Virus record (IMG/VR): IMGVR_UViG_3300021364_000001
Location: 64,001 to 128,000 of that record
Length of the DNA: 64,000 nucleotides
From: a virus
Reading direction: 5' to 3' (one strand)
Part shown: one piece after another, positions 8,801-16,990 of the stretch
How positions within the stretch are numbered: the first letter of the stretch is position 1
Layout of the letters: each line of letters opens with the position of its first letter
Translations under genes and position numbers: made by a program
The notes under the pieces: model-generated
Databases searched by the model: none
What the model was told of the DNA's origin: nothing
The model's input: only the letters and a program-made list of their open reading frames with translations

Positions 8801-10477
8801 GAAAGCAGGTTCACCTTGGTTGGTGACAGTGTATCCACCCTTATCAGGTTGAGGTGTAAGACCATACCTGTGGTCACTGGTGCTACCACCAGCCTCGATG
8901 ACCTCAACCTTAAAGGTCAGGTCTCTCTTACCAGCGTTGAATGTATGTTCAACCTCTGTACCGATTGCAGGGAGATTGCCTGAGAAACTCTGCACCCACC
9001 ACCTACTATCAAACTCACCACCGTCAGCAACGGATTGAATCTTGACCTGCACTGTGGCACCACCAATGCTTACGTTCTGAGTGAACGTCGTAGCACTGTT
9101 GAAATACTTGTTACCTGCTTCACAGAATACCTTACCACCAGTGTAGTTACCTGCCACATCAGTGGTCTGGATACGCAGGTTGTGCTTCACGAATGAACCA
9201 GTACCATTGCCCAGAGCGTCAGCAACAGGTGTAACCATTACGTTGGGGACACCTGATGTCTTGTACTCGTAAATAGGAATACGTTCTGGGAAGCAGTTAG
9301 CAACACAGATCTTCTTAGTGACTGAGTTCTGACCACGGAAGTAGAAAGTATCACAGTCTGCTGGTGGAGATCTGTATGTACCTGTTGCATATGGTTTGAA
9401 CAAACAGTCTAGATAATTCTTGACGCAGGTCTCCCATTCCTCATCAGGGTTCTTAGGAACACCACCATCATCACAGATAAGTATCTGTCCTTTATTAGGA
9501 CCCTTAATATATTTCCATTGGTTCTTAACCTTAGGATAATTGTGCCTCTTAACAGTGCCTGCTAGTTTTCCAAGTTCCACTTCATTACAGTCGTTTCCCT
9601 CACCAATACCAGGACCAGGATAGGGAGGTTGAGGTGGAACAATAGGACCAGGATTCAGTTCACAGATAGGAAGGTATGGGAACAATTCACACAACCATTC
9701 CCACGGTGGTGGGTCAGGGAAGATAGGAATAGGATTCCTCGGATCAACATCATCAGGTTGTGGTTGAGGAGACGGGACAATCTCAGGATAGCATCGCTGA
9801 ACAATCTCCCTGATGACTTCACCAGGAGGAGTGTATGCAGGATCATCCTGTGGTCCCTTCCTAGGTCTAGGATAGTTAGGACCATCATCTGGTTCCAAGA
9901 AAGGACCAATGGGACCATAGCACTGACCAACCAGATCTCTAATGACATCAGAACCATTAGGGGGAATAGGTTCTAGGTCAATCTCTTTCTTAGGTCTTGG
10001 AAGGTAAGGACCAGGGTCAGGTTTCAGAGTGACAGGTTGACCATCGTAGCAGTTGTCTACGATAGAACGTACCAGGTCACCAGGTTGTGCCGCAGGAGGG
10101 GTGATGAGAGTGCCCTGCCTGGGTCTAGGAGTGCTTACAGCAGGGGTGCCTGCTTCCTGGGGAACGATCGCACGAGGCGGTTCACCAGGGATGTAGCAGT
10201 TACCTACTGTGATTTGAATTGGGTTGACGGGAGCAGGTGGTTCAGGTTCTACACCTCTCCTCGGTCTGGGATAAATGATGTTCCCTCCCACCTGGGGGAG
10301 GGGAGACTCGGGACCATAACATGATCCCACAGTGATACGAACTTGCTCACCAGGTTGTGGCGGTACAATCGCCTGTGGTACTCCTGTCCTTGGTTTGACA
10401 TACTGAGTAGCAGCAGACGTTGTACGCTCTGGTAGAGACGGCGGAGGACCGCTATAACAAGGATTGCCAGCAACCAT
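5882..10477 (-). CDS. Large multidomain virion structural / fibre-like protein
   Basis: 1531 aa; Pro-rich N-terminus with CY repeats, DUF5648-like and DUF4114-like motifs, beta-rich remainder; late promoter about 750 nt upstream. Confidence 0.75.
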   Translation of the reverse strand: MVAGNPCYSGPPPSLPERTTSAATQYVKPRTGVPQAIVPPQPGEQVRITVGSCYGPESPLPQVGGNIIYPRPRRGVEPEPPAPVNPIQITVGNCYIPGEPPRAIVPQEAGTPAVSTPRPRQGTLITPPAAQPGDLVRSIVDNCYDGQPVTLKPDPGPYLPRPKKEIDLEPIPPNGSDVIRDLVGQCYGPIGPFLEPDDGPNYPRPRKGPQDDPAYTPPGEVIREIVQRCYPEIVPSPQPQPDDVDPRNPIPIFPDPPPWEWLCELFPYLPICELNPGPIVPPQPPYPGPGIGEGNDCNEVELGKLAGTVKRHNYPKVKNQWKYIKGPNKGQILICDDGGVPKNPDEEWETCVKNYLDCLFKPYATGTYRSPPADCDTFYFRGQNSVTKKICVANCFPERIPIYEYKTSGVPNVMVTPVADALGNGTGSFVKHNLRIQTTDVAGNYTGGKVFCEAGNKYFNSATTFTQNVSIGGATVQVKIQSVADGGEFDSRWWVQSFSGNLPAIGTEVEHTFNAGKRDLTFKVEVIEAGGSTSDHRYGLTPQPDKGGYTVTNQGEPAFYILKERVKGTVPLFRSYSETTQDTFLTINPGAPDSKGPGERATMDAAGQVLDIVLGYVFPNKDLASGNLLEGERIQELHRYYNGGKAEISATFNSSGNIVVGGNGSGQLKVNVQWDDDPGNSGVSFKTIDFGQGQTVTRKGEKGSKGVSLNVTAGQTINVNYTGLQGLSVQDNGKKLCLFDGSGSDCNASLFIGSTKPGPSTATDHKYSIVKMQGSMTPPKFDNKRQSFTIPSDADVPFTIQYSVKEGSAGYENSWGVCIADRDGGQVHWARVIEANTTRDIEYTQYTIPVSTLKQYAGKDILFFLIPDGNGGVGSNGSSISFSKNGNAYQHPASVEGNWVFFSNQKMNPDQRNKVKFHGPGEQWWEDLHGSDSDEDYDDFKLYYRVAHPGSTWKYEGIECYVYDRPAPEPELIDILVRDQCSEPLFNKAFEQGMVMRSKCGPKTPPNKNTEKYQSNSGKCRGEYAHEFYRRQTVRCRRSANLSLKAFGLLIRSVESEEIRFRFKLKKNGSTIINYEGPIGAWPAIGHNFGDFSVVKGDKLEFEIDDIKRGPSAGISTVSWIIYDRDDKVFEKPWQYDIGTTPITGEAMGRTEVTSNSPRIGDYTGGSISAGGRIKRLSIRLWDKPRRQWTPKVYVWDQGQLDTNANLTNGQSVEWNDIYYDGQEWADNQGYNGNFYERNDNRRGHVLSSNIDGEGKFNGNPNVRGGRGIYYNALFEYGRGLICKPVLDNDNLRTYVHMSNTHGFMAWFTQFKAGSSTNFNNVMGVIDQYYANGINQGGSGYPKGNTVGGNGQYSKMSFMHDYRLGEYGANQNSTDSGGSGKIRVAFWPYTVMPSHLPAGTQRYSNSIYWACGVEIMDVLNEGYAYGVGQTFDLVWPPREAEADAFPAMAGSVTPYNPRDVGANVLPGHPDKLPKKIRVQTVGEDPDDRYNNSYSPKAVFYQESHNRSSNIWYLCQKKKDRVKFRIEIEEVY

Positions 10478-10485
10478 GTATCACT

Positions 10486-11139
10486 TTACTTTACGATGTA
10501 TTTATTCTCTTCCAACCACTCCCTTGTCAGAGGTGTGGGTTCATAGATCTCCCACATTGCACCAGTTGCACATGCTTCTAGTGCCTTTTGTGTCATACCC
10601 TCAGTCTTACCTGCCCAGGTTGCTTCCTTCTCCCATGGTTGTGCATATGCAGGGTAGGTACGCCTGACCATCTCTTGCCAGATCTCAGGAACATCTTCCT
10701 CAGGTAGGATGATAGCGATCATATTATTTTTGATGCTACCTGCCATACAATCTTGTGCAGCGTGCCATCCTTCATGACGTACAACACTCATCAAAATGTG
10801 AGGACGATGTACATATCTCTTGTTGAGATAGAAATGATTACTCACAGTATGGTACACACCACGATGTCCCACTGGGAAGTAACGCTCATCAGCAAGGTGA
10901 ACATCAACACCAATCTGCTTGAAAGCAATCATGATCTGATCAAACTCATCCTTGACTGCATCCCAGTTTGAATCGGGGAATGCATTCATAAGATCTATGG
11001 ACGAGTTGATCTTCTCAACATCCTTGGTACATTCTTTCAGGAGCATACAACCCATGGCATCCATGGTGAAGTATCCCTTAGTAGGTTCTGCCATTGCTGG
11101 TGCTCCCAGCAGTAAAGCAGGTAAAATATATTTGAGCAT
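10486..11139 (-). CDS. Secreted zincin-like (HExxH) protein, conserved in cyanophages
   Basis: Signal peptide MLKYILPALLLGAPAMA; VRHEGWHAAQDC. Confidence 0.7.
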   Translation of the reverse strand: MLKYILPALLLGAPAMAEPTKGYFTMDAMGCMLLKECTKDVEKINSSIDLMNAFPDSNWDAVKDEFDQIMIAFKQIGVDVHLADERYFPVGHRGVYHTVSNHFYLNKRYVHRPHILMSVVRHEGWHAAQDCMAGSIKNNMIAIILPEEDVPEIWQEMVRRTYPAYAQPWEKEATWAGKTEGMTQKALEACATGAMWEIYEPTPLTREWLEENKYIVK

Positions 11140-11164
11140 AAAAAAGAGGGTCCTAAGACCCTCT
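11140..11164 (-). terminator. psbD terminator
   Basis: AGAGGGTC-TTAG-GACCCTCT followed by T6. Confidence 0.85.
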
Positions 11165-11224
11165 GATGATAGCACACACCGTTGGATTTTGCCAACAGTG
11201 TTTAGCGGCGACGATATAAACTAT

Positions 11225-12280
11225 TTATAGAGCGTTTCCACGAGGAAGAACTTCTTCTGGGAAAATAAAGTTCTCATGTGGTTGGTCTACACTGGCCATC
11301 CAGTTACGGAGTCCTTCATTGAGGAGGATGTTTTTCGTGTAGAAGGTTTCAAATTCTGGATCCTCTGCTGCACGAATCTCCTGACTCACAAAATCATATG
11401 CACGAAGGTTGAGTGCGAGTCCGATGATCCCGATAGAGGCAGTCCAAAGACCCATAACAGGAACAAACAGCATGAAAAAATGCAACCAACGCTTATTGCT
11501 AAACGCAATACCGAAAATTTGCGACCAAAAACGATTAGCCGTAACCATTGAATAAGTTTCTTCTTCTTGTGTGCTGTCGAATGCCTTGAATGTGTTTGCT
11601 TGTTCACCATCTTGGTACAGAGTGTTCTCTACTGTAACACCATGGATTGCAGAGAGCAATGCTCCACCCAGGATACCTGCTACTCCCATCATGTGGAAGG
11701 GATTCAGGGTCCAATTATGAAATCCTTGGAGGAAGAGTAGGAAGCGGAAGATTGCTGCGACACCGAAGGATGGAGCAAAGAACCAACTGCTTTGCCCCAG
11801 AGGATAGATGAGGAAAACAGACACAAAGACAGCAATGGGACCAGAGAAAGCAATCGCATTGTAAGGACGGATACCAACGAGACGTGAGATTTCAAACTGA
11901 CGAAGCATGAAACCTATGAGAGCAAAGGCTCCGTGGAGCGCCACAAAATTCCAGAGTCCTCCAAGTTGGAACCACCTGACAAGGCTCCCCTGAGACTCAG
12001 GACCCCAAAGTAGAAGAAGAGAATGACCCATAGCATCAGCAGGCGTTGACACAGCCGCTGTAAGGAAATTAGCACCTTCAAGGTACGAACTTGCAAGTCC
12101 GTGGGTGTACCAACTTGTAACAAATGTCGTGCCCGTAAGCCAGCCACCGATTGCAAGATAAGCAGTGGGAAAAAGAAGAAGTCCAGACCAGCCCACAAAT
12201 ACAAAGCGATCCCGTTTAAGCCAGTCATCAAGGACATCGAACCACCCCCTTGTTGGTTGTTGTAGTGTTGAAGCGACCAT
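11225..12280 (-). CDS. psbD: Photosystem II D2 protein
   Basis: [16 protein letters not shown]...[10 protein letters not shown]. Confidence 0.99.
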   Translation of the reverse strand: MVASTLQQPTRGWFDVLDDWLKRDRFVFVGWSGLLLFPTAYLAIGGWLTGTTFVTSWYTHGLASSYLEGANFLTAAVSTPADAMGHSLLLLWGPESQGSLVRWFQLGGLWNFVALHGAFALIGFMLRQFEISRLVGIRPYNAIAFSGPIAVFVSVFLIYPLGQSSWFFAPSFGVAAIFRFLLFLQGFHNWTLNPFHMMGVAGILGGALLSAIHGVTVENTLYQDGEQANTFKAFDSTQEEETYSMVTANRFWSQIFGIAFSNKRWLHFFMLFVPVMGLWTASIGIIGLALNLRAYDFVSQEIRAAEDPEFETFYTKNILLNEGLRNWMASVDQPHENFIFPEEVLPRGNAL

Positions 12281-12383
12281 CTTTTCTATCCTTTAAGTAG
12301 TACAGTTGTGGCCAAGTGTCGCGAATAATCTCAGCGAGTTTTGGCGGTGTCTCCGAAGTTATCATAACTTTACATTGTAGGAG

Positions 12384-12410
12384 AAAAAGAAAGGGACCCG
12401 AAGGTCCCTT
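12384..12410 (-). terminator. psbA terminator
   Basis: AAGGGACC-TTCG-GGTCCCTT followed by a T-rich tail. Confidence 0.85.
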
Positions 12411-12452
12411 AGTTGTTTTCTTAATAAACGTCAGTTATTAAGATTCCGAGTA

Positions 12453-13535
12453 TCAACCGATCGCAGGAGCGGTGAGTGCCACAGGAGTGGACTCAGCAGC
12501 AGCGAGGTCGAGAGGGAAGTTGTGAGCATTACGCTCGTGCATGACTTCCATACCCAGACCAGCACGGTTGAGCACATCTGCCCAAGTGTTCAGGACATGA
12601 CCCTGATTGTCTTGGATGGACTGGTTGAAGTTGAAACCGTTCAGGTTGAACGCCATCGTGGACACACCCAGAGCGGTGAACCAGATACCAACAACAGGCC
12701 ATGCTGCGAGGAAGAAGTGCAGCGAGCGAGAGTTGTTGAAGGATGCGTACTGGAAGATCAGACGCCCGAAGTAACCATGAGCAGCGACGATGTTATAGGT
12801 CTCTTCTTCTTGACCAAACTTGTAACCATAGTTCTGTGATTCAGTTTCAGTCGTTTCACGAACGAGCGAAGAAGTAACGAGACTTCCGTGCATAGCAGAG
12901 AAAAGAGATCCACCGAATACCCCAGCAACACCGAGCATGTGGAACGGATGCATAAGGATATTGTGCTCAGCTTGGAAGACCAGCATGTAGTTAAACGTAC
13001 CAGAGATACCAAGAGGCATACCATCAGAAAAACTACCTTGACCAAAGGGGTAGACGAGGAAGACGGCGCTTGCGGCAGCGACGGGAGCGGAGTAAGCAAC
13101 ACAGATCCAAGGGCGCATACCCAGACGATAGGACAATTCCCACTCACGACCCATGTAGCAGAAGACGCCAATGAGGAAGTGGAAGACTACGAGTTGGTAA
13201 GGACCACCGTTATACAACCATTCATCGAGAGAGGCTGCTTCCCAGATGGGATAGAAGTGGAGACCGATAGCATTGGAACTAGGGACAACAGCACCAGAGA
13301 TGATGTTGTTACCGTACATGAGTGAACCAGCAACTGGTTCGCGAATACCGTCAATATCGACGGGGGGTGCTGCGACGAAAGCAGTAATGAAACATACTGT
13401 TGCTGCCAGCAGCGTCGGAATCATCAGGACACCGAACCAACCGACATACAGACGGTTATTGGTGCTTGTGACCCATTCGCAAAATGATTCCCAGGTGGAT
13501 ACGCCACCGCGATTTGAAAGAGTTGAACTTGCCAT
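12453..13535 (-). CDS. psbA: Photosystem II D1 protein (no intron)
   Basis: [15 protein letters not shown]...[13 protein letters not shown]; uninterrupted 360 aa. Confidence 0.99.
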   Translation of the reverse strand: MASSTLSNRGGVSTWESFCEWVTSTNNRLYVGWFGVLMIPTLLAATVCFITAFVAAPPVDIDGIREPVAGSLMYGNNIISGAVVPSSNAIGLHFYPIWEAASLDEWLYNGGPYQLVVFHFLIGVFCYMGREWELSYRLGMRPWICVAYSAPVAAASAVFLVYPFGQGSFSDGMPLGISGTFNYMLVFQAEHNILMHPFHMLGVAGVFGGSLFSAMHGSLVTSSLVRETTETESQNYGYKFGQEEETYNIVAAHGYFGRLIFQYASFNNSRSLHFFLAAWPVVGIWFTALGVSTMAFNLNGFNFNQSIQDNQGHVLNTWADVLNRAGLGMEVMHERNAHNFPLDLAAAESTPVALTAPAIG

Positions 13536-13544
13536 TGTTAGTGT

Positions 13545-13660
13545 ACTAAAAGTAAGACCATCAGGGAAATGGTGGAGTTACTATTTCCTCTGCACCCTTA
13601 GCAGAGGACATGAGAGACTGTTATTTAACGACGCTGTTTAGTCTCGGTAAGGCGTCGAGA
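13545..13660 (-). ncRNA. Structured psbA 5' leader, probably PhotoRC-II-type RNA motif
   Basis: Hairpins CCTCTGC/GCAGAGG, ACCAT/ATGGT and ACGC/GCGT directly upstream of psbA; PhotoRC-II is known from cyanophage psbA leaders. Confidence 0.6.
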
Positions 13661-13688
13661 TCACGTTACGTTTCGTAACCTGATCATG

Positions 13689-13722
13689 TATTTATATTAC
13701 GGCAAACCTCACTCGGTGTCAA
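13689..13722 (-). promoter_or_regulatory. psbA dual promoter (sigma70-type plus T4 late)
   Basis: TTGACA-N17-TAATAT overlapping TATAAATA. Confidence 0.8.
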
Positions 13723-14002
13723 CCCCTTCTTCGTCGGGATAGACCAGATCATCTTCTGGTCTAGTCTGTCCTGTCTCATGGCAGTAGGACAGGTATGCCT
13801 CATGGACATCCGTGAAGGCACGAGGGTCAGCATGACTGCCTTCATACTTTTTAAGCATACCCTCGCAGGCACCACTCGAAGTGAAGTCATGACAGAATGC
13901 ATAGACAGTCCTGTCCACTTGAACTCCCTTCAAAATAAGAGCAGCCAAACAAAAGCGCCTGTCATCCAGGCGCTCAGGGTTGTATCTCCAATCTTCATTC
14001 AT
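13709..14002 (-). CDS. Hypothetical protein
   Basis: Likely start MNEDWRY at 14002. Confidence 0.7.
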   Translation of the reverse strand: MNEDWRYNPERLDDRRFCLAALILKGVQVDRTVYAFCHDFTSSGACEGMLKKYEGSHADPRAFTDVHEAYLSYCHETGQTRPEDDLVYPDEEGVDTE

Positions 14003-14163
14003 AGTGATACACAACGTAGTTCTCGTTTCATTGTAGCATGGGTTTCGCACATTGCATGGCAGAGATGCATATAGAAATCTGCCTTGTGTTTGGTGAGGTT
14101 GGTGTAGTGGACCAGTCGGATCCACTTTCCATCGAGGTTAAATTCTAGTGCGTACCTTTCCAT
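13999..14163 (-). CDS. Small hypothetical protein (54 aa, not in ORF track)
   Basis: MERYALEFNLDGKWIRLVHY...RCVSL; ATGA coupling; TAAATA upstream. Confidence 0.55.
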   Translation of the reverse strand: MERYALEFNLDGKWIRLVHYTNLTKHKADFYMHLCHAMCETHATMKRELRCVSL

Positions 14164-14193
14164 TATCCATGCGTCGTTCGCACAGATATTTAG

Positions 14194-14268
14194 TTACTCA
14201 TCACCTGATTGTGTCATCATTGCTGCCACAAAGAAGGCAACGAAACATATCAAGGCAGTGGGAATCAC
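14194..14268 (-). CDS. Putative 24-aa membrane micropeptide
   Basis: GTG start overlapping the hli stop (GTGA); MIPTALICFVAFFVAAMMTQSGDE. Confidence 0.4.
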   Translation of the reverse strand: MIPTALICFVAFFVAAMMTQSGDE

Positions 14269-14372
14269 CAGATTCCAGGGATGAGTTGTCCAGTAACAGC
14301 ATAGGATCCCATTGCTGCTACGACTCCAAGCATTGCTGCCCAACCATTAATGCGTTCTGCGTTTTCGTTCAT
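14265..14372 (-). CDS. hli: High-light inducible protein (35 aa, not in ORF track)
   Basis: MNENAERINGWAAMLGVVAAMGSYAVTGQLIPGIW; ExxNGxxAMxG motif. Confidence 0.95.
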   Translation of the reverse strand: MNENAERINGWAAMLGVVAAMGSYAVTGQLIPGIW

Positions 14373-14866
14373 TGGTTTTCCTCCAACCATTTTAGTACGT
14401 TTTCAGGGGTGCTGATTTCATAAGGATCGGCAGGGCAGTTACCCACTCGGCCAGGTTCCTCAAACATCTGCTCAATTACTCCATCGTTTACAACCATAGC
14501 ATAACGCCAGGAACGGAAACCGAATCCAAGGTTTGCTTTGTTGACTGACATACCCATGGCATAGGTGAACTCACCACTACCATCAGGAATGTACTTTACA
14601 TTCTTGATCTCTTGATCTCGGAACCATGCATCCATTACAAAAGCATCGTTCACAGAGAGGCAGAAGACATCATCCACATACTTAACAAACTCAGGGTAGA
14701 GTTCTTCGTATCCAGGAAGTTGCTTACTGCTACATGTCGGAGTAAAAGCACCAGGAAGTGAGAAGACTACGACACGCTTGCCAGCAAACAATTTGTCGTA
14801 GGGTACATCAATCCAAGAACCGCTATTGCGATACTTGAAAGTTACATCAGGTACTAGTTGTGTCAT
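14369..14866 (-). CDS. Peroxiredoxin (Prx5 / type II)
   Basis: VVVFSLPGAFTPTCS, SVNDAFVM and RSWRYAMVVNDG motifs. Confidence 0.93.
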   Translation of the reverse strand: MTQLVPDVTFKYRNSGSWIDVPYDKLFAGKRVVVFSLPGAFTPTCSSKQLPGYEELYPEFVKYVDDVFCLSVNDAFVMDAWFRDQEIKNVKYIPDGSGEFTYAMGMSVNKANLGFGFRSWRYAMVVNDGVIEQMFEEPGRVGNCPADPYEISTPENVLKWLEENQ

Positions 14867-15092
14867 TGATCTTAGATGGTTCAAAAGGTGTACGACTTAC
14901 GTTTTTAATAACGATGAAGGCATCCTTGTTGTACTTACGTGTACCTTTAACGGGTGCCCACTTAGTGCCAGCACCTGGGATCTCATAGACCGAGGTGCCG
15001 CCAATATCAATTCGGATGTCATCGTTGCGAACATCCCAACCGAGTTCGGTTAGGGTTTCAGCGAGACCTTCCTGCGTAAGGGGTTTACTCAT
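14847..15092 (-). CDS. Conserved cyanophage hypothetical protein
   Basis: IGGTSVYEIPGAGTKWAPVKGTRKYNKDAFIVIKN. Confidence 0.7.
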   Translation of the reverse strand: MSKPLTQEGLAETLTELGWDVRNDDIRIDIGGTSVYEIPGAGTKWAPVKGTRKYNKDAFIVIKNVSRTPFEPSKINDTTST

Positions 15093-15310
15093 TAGATTCC
15101 GAATGCTCCGAAGAAGAATAGACTACCAGTGGTGGCATAAGACACCACGGCAGCAACGAAACCAAGCATAGCAGTGCGACCGTTCAGTTTCTCAGCACGT
15201 TCGGCATGAGACTCTAAACCGTAGCGAGCACGGTCTTCGTCGGTCATGTACATAGCAGGTTCGACTGCAAACATGTTGTTTTGACCGTGCTCGTTAGTTG
15301 TGACTGTCAT
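15092..15310 (-). CDS. hli: High-light inducible protein (long type)
   Basis: MTVTTNEHGQNNMFA..AEKLNGRTAMLGF. Confidence 0.95.
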   Translation of the reverse strand: MTVTTNEHGQNNMFAVEPAMYMTDEDRARYGLESHAERAEKLNGRTAMLGFVAAVVSYATTGSLFFFGAFGI

Positions 15311-15336
15311 GATTGTTAAGAAATGCAACACTTACT

Positions 15337-15365
15337 AACTATATAGTAAATGTTAAGGTTTGTCA
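15337..15365 (-). promoter_or_regulatory. Sigma70-type promoter of hli
   Basis: TTGACA-N17-TATAGT. Confidence 0.75.
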
Positions 15366-15674
15366 ACTGAATGTGATGACATCCTGACCGAATTGAGCAA
15401 TGACATCCTGTCCAGCGGCACCAGGCAGAGGAACTTCTCCTGCTGCAACGACGCCAAAGTCCAGTCCCTCAGAGGGGGAGTTCAGGTACTCATAGGAAGG
15501 AGGTTCTTCCTTAGGTGCAGGAAGTGCCTCATAGATTGCCAACCACCCCAGGTATGCTCGCCACACCTCAGTCAAGGTGCCACGGTTGAAGTCAGGGTCA
15601 TCGAGTGCTGCTTTGAGAGCAGACCGCATAGAAAATACAGCGGTCTCGAATTCTACTTTTACATTACGAGTCAT
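15363..15674 (-). CDS. Hypothetical protein
   Basis: 103-aa ORF coupled to the upstream gene. Confidence 0.65.
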   Translation of the reverse strand: MTRNVKVEFETAVFSMRSALKAALDDPDFNRGTLTEVWRAYLGWLAIYEALPAPKEEPPSYEYLNSPSEGLDFGVVAAGEVPLPGAAGQDVIAQFGQDVITFS

Positions 15675-15949
15675 CGGTCAGTATCGTGTGAAGAAACTTC
15701 GTCTTTAATATAGCATGGGACACCAGCAGGATCAAGCCATTTGGTGTACTCAAAATCATCCATGGCAGTGTCCAACTGCATGGCGTTGTCGCAGAGGTAC
15801 ATGTCCTTGTACTTTCCAGTGTATTCGTCTGCTTTCTGGATGCGATAGTCAGGTGTACCGTTGTCAAGGACGCCTGCTTCCACGTAACGATAGGGGAAGC
15901 GGGTCAGGAGGACGATGGGTTTCATGTATCGGTGGGATAACCTAGGCAT
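15671..15949 (-). CDS. Conserved cyanophage hypothetical protein
   Basis: RFPYRYVEAG..PDYRIQK..YKDMYLCDN..EYTKWLDP. Confidence 0.75.
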   Translation of the reverse strand: MPRLSHRYMKPIVLLTRFPYRYVEAGVLDNGTPDYRIQKADEYTGKYKDMYLCDNAMQLDTAMDDFEYTKWLDPAGVPCYIKDEVSSHDTDR

Positions 15950-15961
15950 AGGATAGCACGG

Positions 15962-16582
15962 TTAAAGGAAATGATACCACCCTGTTGCGATTAGTTTATC
16001 TGATGTGTCTGATTTGCGACCCCTATGATGATAGGTCCAGTCTGCTGGCCAGATTACTGTCAGTCCTTTCTCGGCAGGGATGTAAAGGTCCTGGTGGAAC
16101 CACTCGGTGCCGCCGTCAGGAACGTCATTAAGGTATGTCATCCATACCATATGTCTATATGTATTAGATCGACTACTTGACTGGCGTTCACAATGCCACA
16201 TGTGATACCCACCACCAGGTTTGTAGTATTGAAGATTGAAGAATTCTTCCATCTTCCAAATGTTTGTCTTAGCACAAAGAGGGAAGTGATCCACATAATT
16301 ATTCATTACACGGTTCACTTCCCCAGTGAAATCACGGACCCTAGTATCAGTAATTCCAATGAAGACAGGATTGTCCATGGAATCTTTGATGCTAGGGTCT
16401 ACCATCCCACCACCATTGTCGTCAATGGTTTCCCCAGGCCATTTCTCAAAGATCGTTTGAGTGTTATAGAAGTCAGCAATGCCGTCAACAATACCCTCAT
16501 CGATCTTTTCTGTGTAGATAAAATCAGTTCGGGGATATGCTACTCGACCATCATAGAATATAGGCTCTGGGTTTAGTTTCAT
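15962..16582 (-). CDS. 2OG-Fe(II) oxygenase
   Basis: YHMWHCE..WMTYLNDV..GGTEW..IWPADWTYHHRG. Confidence 0.9.
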   Translation of the reverse strand: MKLNPEPIFYDGRVAYPRTDFIYTEKIDEGIVDGIADFYNTQTIFEKWPGETIDDNGGGMVDPSIKDSMDNPVFIGITDTRVRDFTGEVNRVMNNYVDHFPLCAKTNIWKMEEFFNLQYYKPGGGYHMWHCERQSSSRSNTYRHMVWMTYLNDVPDGGTEWFHQDLYIPAEKGLTVIWPADWTYHHRGRKSDTSDKLIATGWYHFL

Positions 16583-16791
16583 TATGCAAGAACGTTGTCT
16601 GCGACTAGGTGATCAATAAGGTAGGCATAATCTTCTTCGATGTCCACTCCCCAGAACCTAACACCTTTATCTTCATAAAAGCGGCAGACTCGGGAGAAGA
16701 GGGATGGATACTGTGTCTCCAACTGGATGTTTCCGTTGGCAGCGTCCCGAAGAATTTGCAGACTGTCTGCAAACTTAGATTGGATCGTCAT
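16582..16791 (-). CDS. Hypothetical protein
   Basis: 69-aa ORF with RBS AGGAGGCG. Confidence 0.7.
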   Translation of the reverse strand: MTIQSKFADSLQILRDAANGNIQLETQYPSLFSRVCRFYEDKGVRFWGVDIEEDYAYLIDHLVADNVLA

Positions 16792-16834
16792 GATCGCCTC
16801 CTCTTATTCTACTGTTGGTCGGGCAGGTGCCCGA

Positions 16835-16906
16835 TGGGGGATACTGGGATCGAACCAGTGACTTATTGCTTGTAAGGCAACCACTCTACCGCTGAGTTAA
16901 TCCCCC
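16835..16906 (-). tRNA. tRNA-Val(TAC)
   Basis: Cloverleaf GGGGGAT/ATCCCCC, anticodon loop CTTACAA, GGTTCGAT T-arm; CCA not encoded. Confidence 0.95.
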
Positions 16907-16909
16907 ACA

Positions 16910-16983
16910 CGATCCAGGTAGGACTCGAACCTACGACCGACTGCTTAGAAGGCAGTTGCTCTATTCCACTGAGCTACTGGACC
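16910..16983 (-). tRNA. tRNA-Arg(TCT)
   Basis: GGTCCAG/CTGGATC acceptor stem, anticodon loop CTTCTAA, GGTTCGAG T-arm. Confidence 0.95.
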
Positions 16984-16990
16984 AGGGGAC

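Noticed and set aside
12453-13535. Group I intron or homing endonuclease in psbA, and inteins or introns in nrdA, nrdB, gp43 or gp41
   Set aside because: All reading frames are continuous and of normal length.
13665-13679. GTTAC-N5-GTAAC palindrome (and GTTAC-N8-GTAAC at about 19613-19630) as NtcA or RpaB sites
   Set aside because: Spacing and orientation do not match GTA-N8-TAC or the HLR1 direct repeat; too weak to call.
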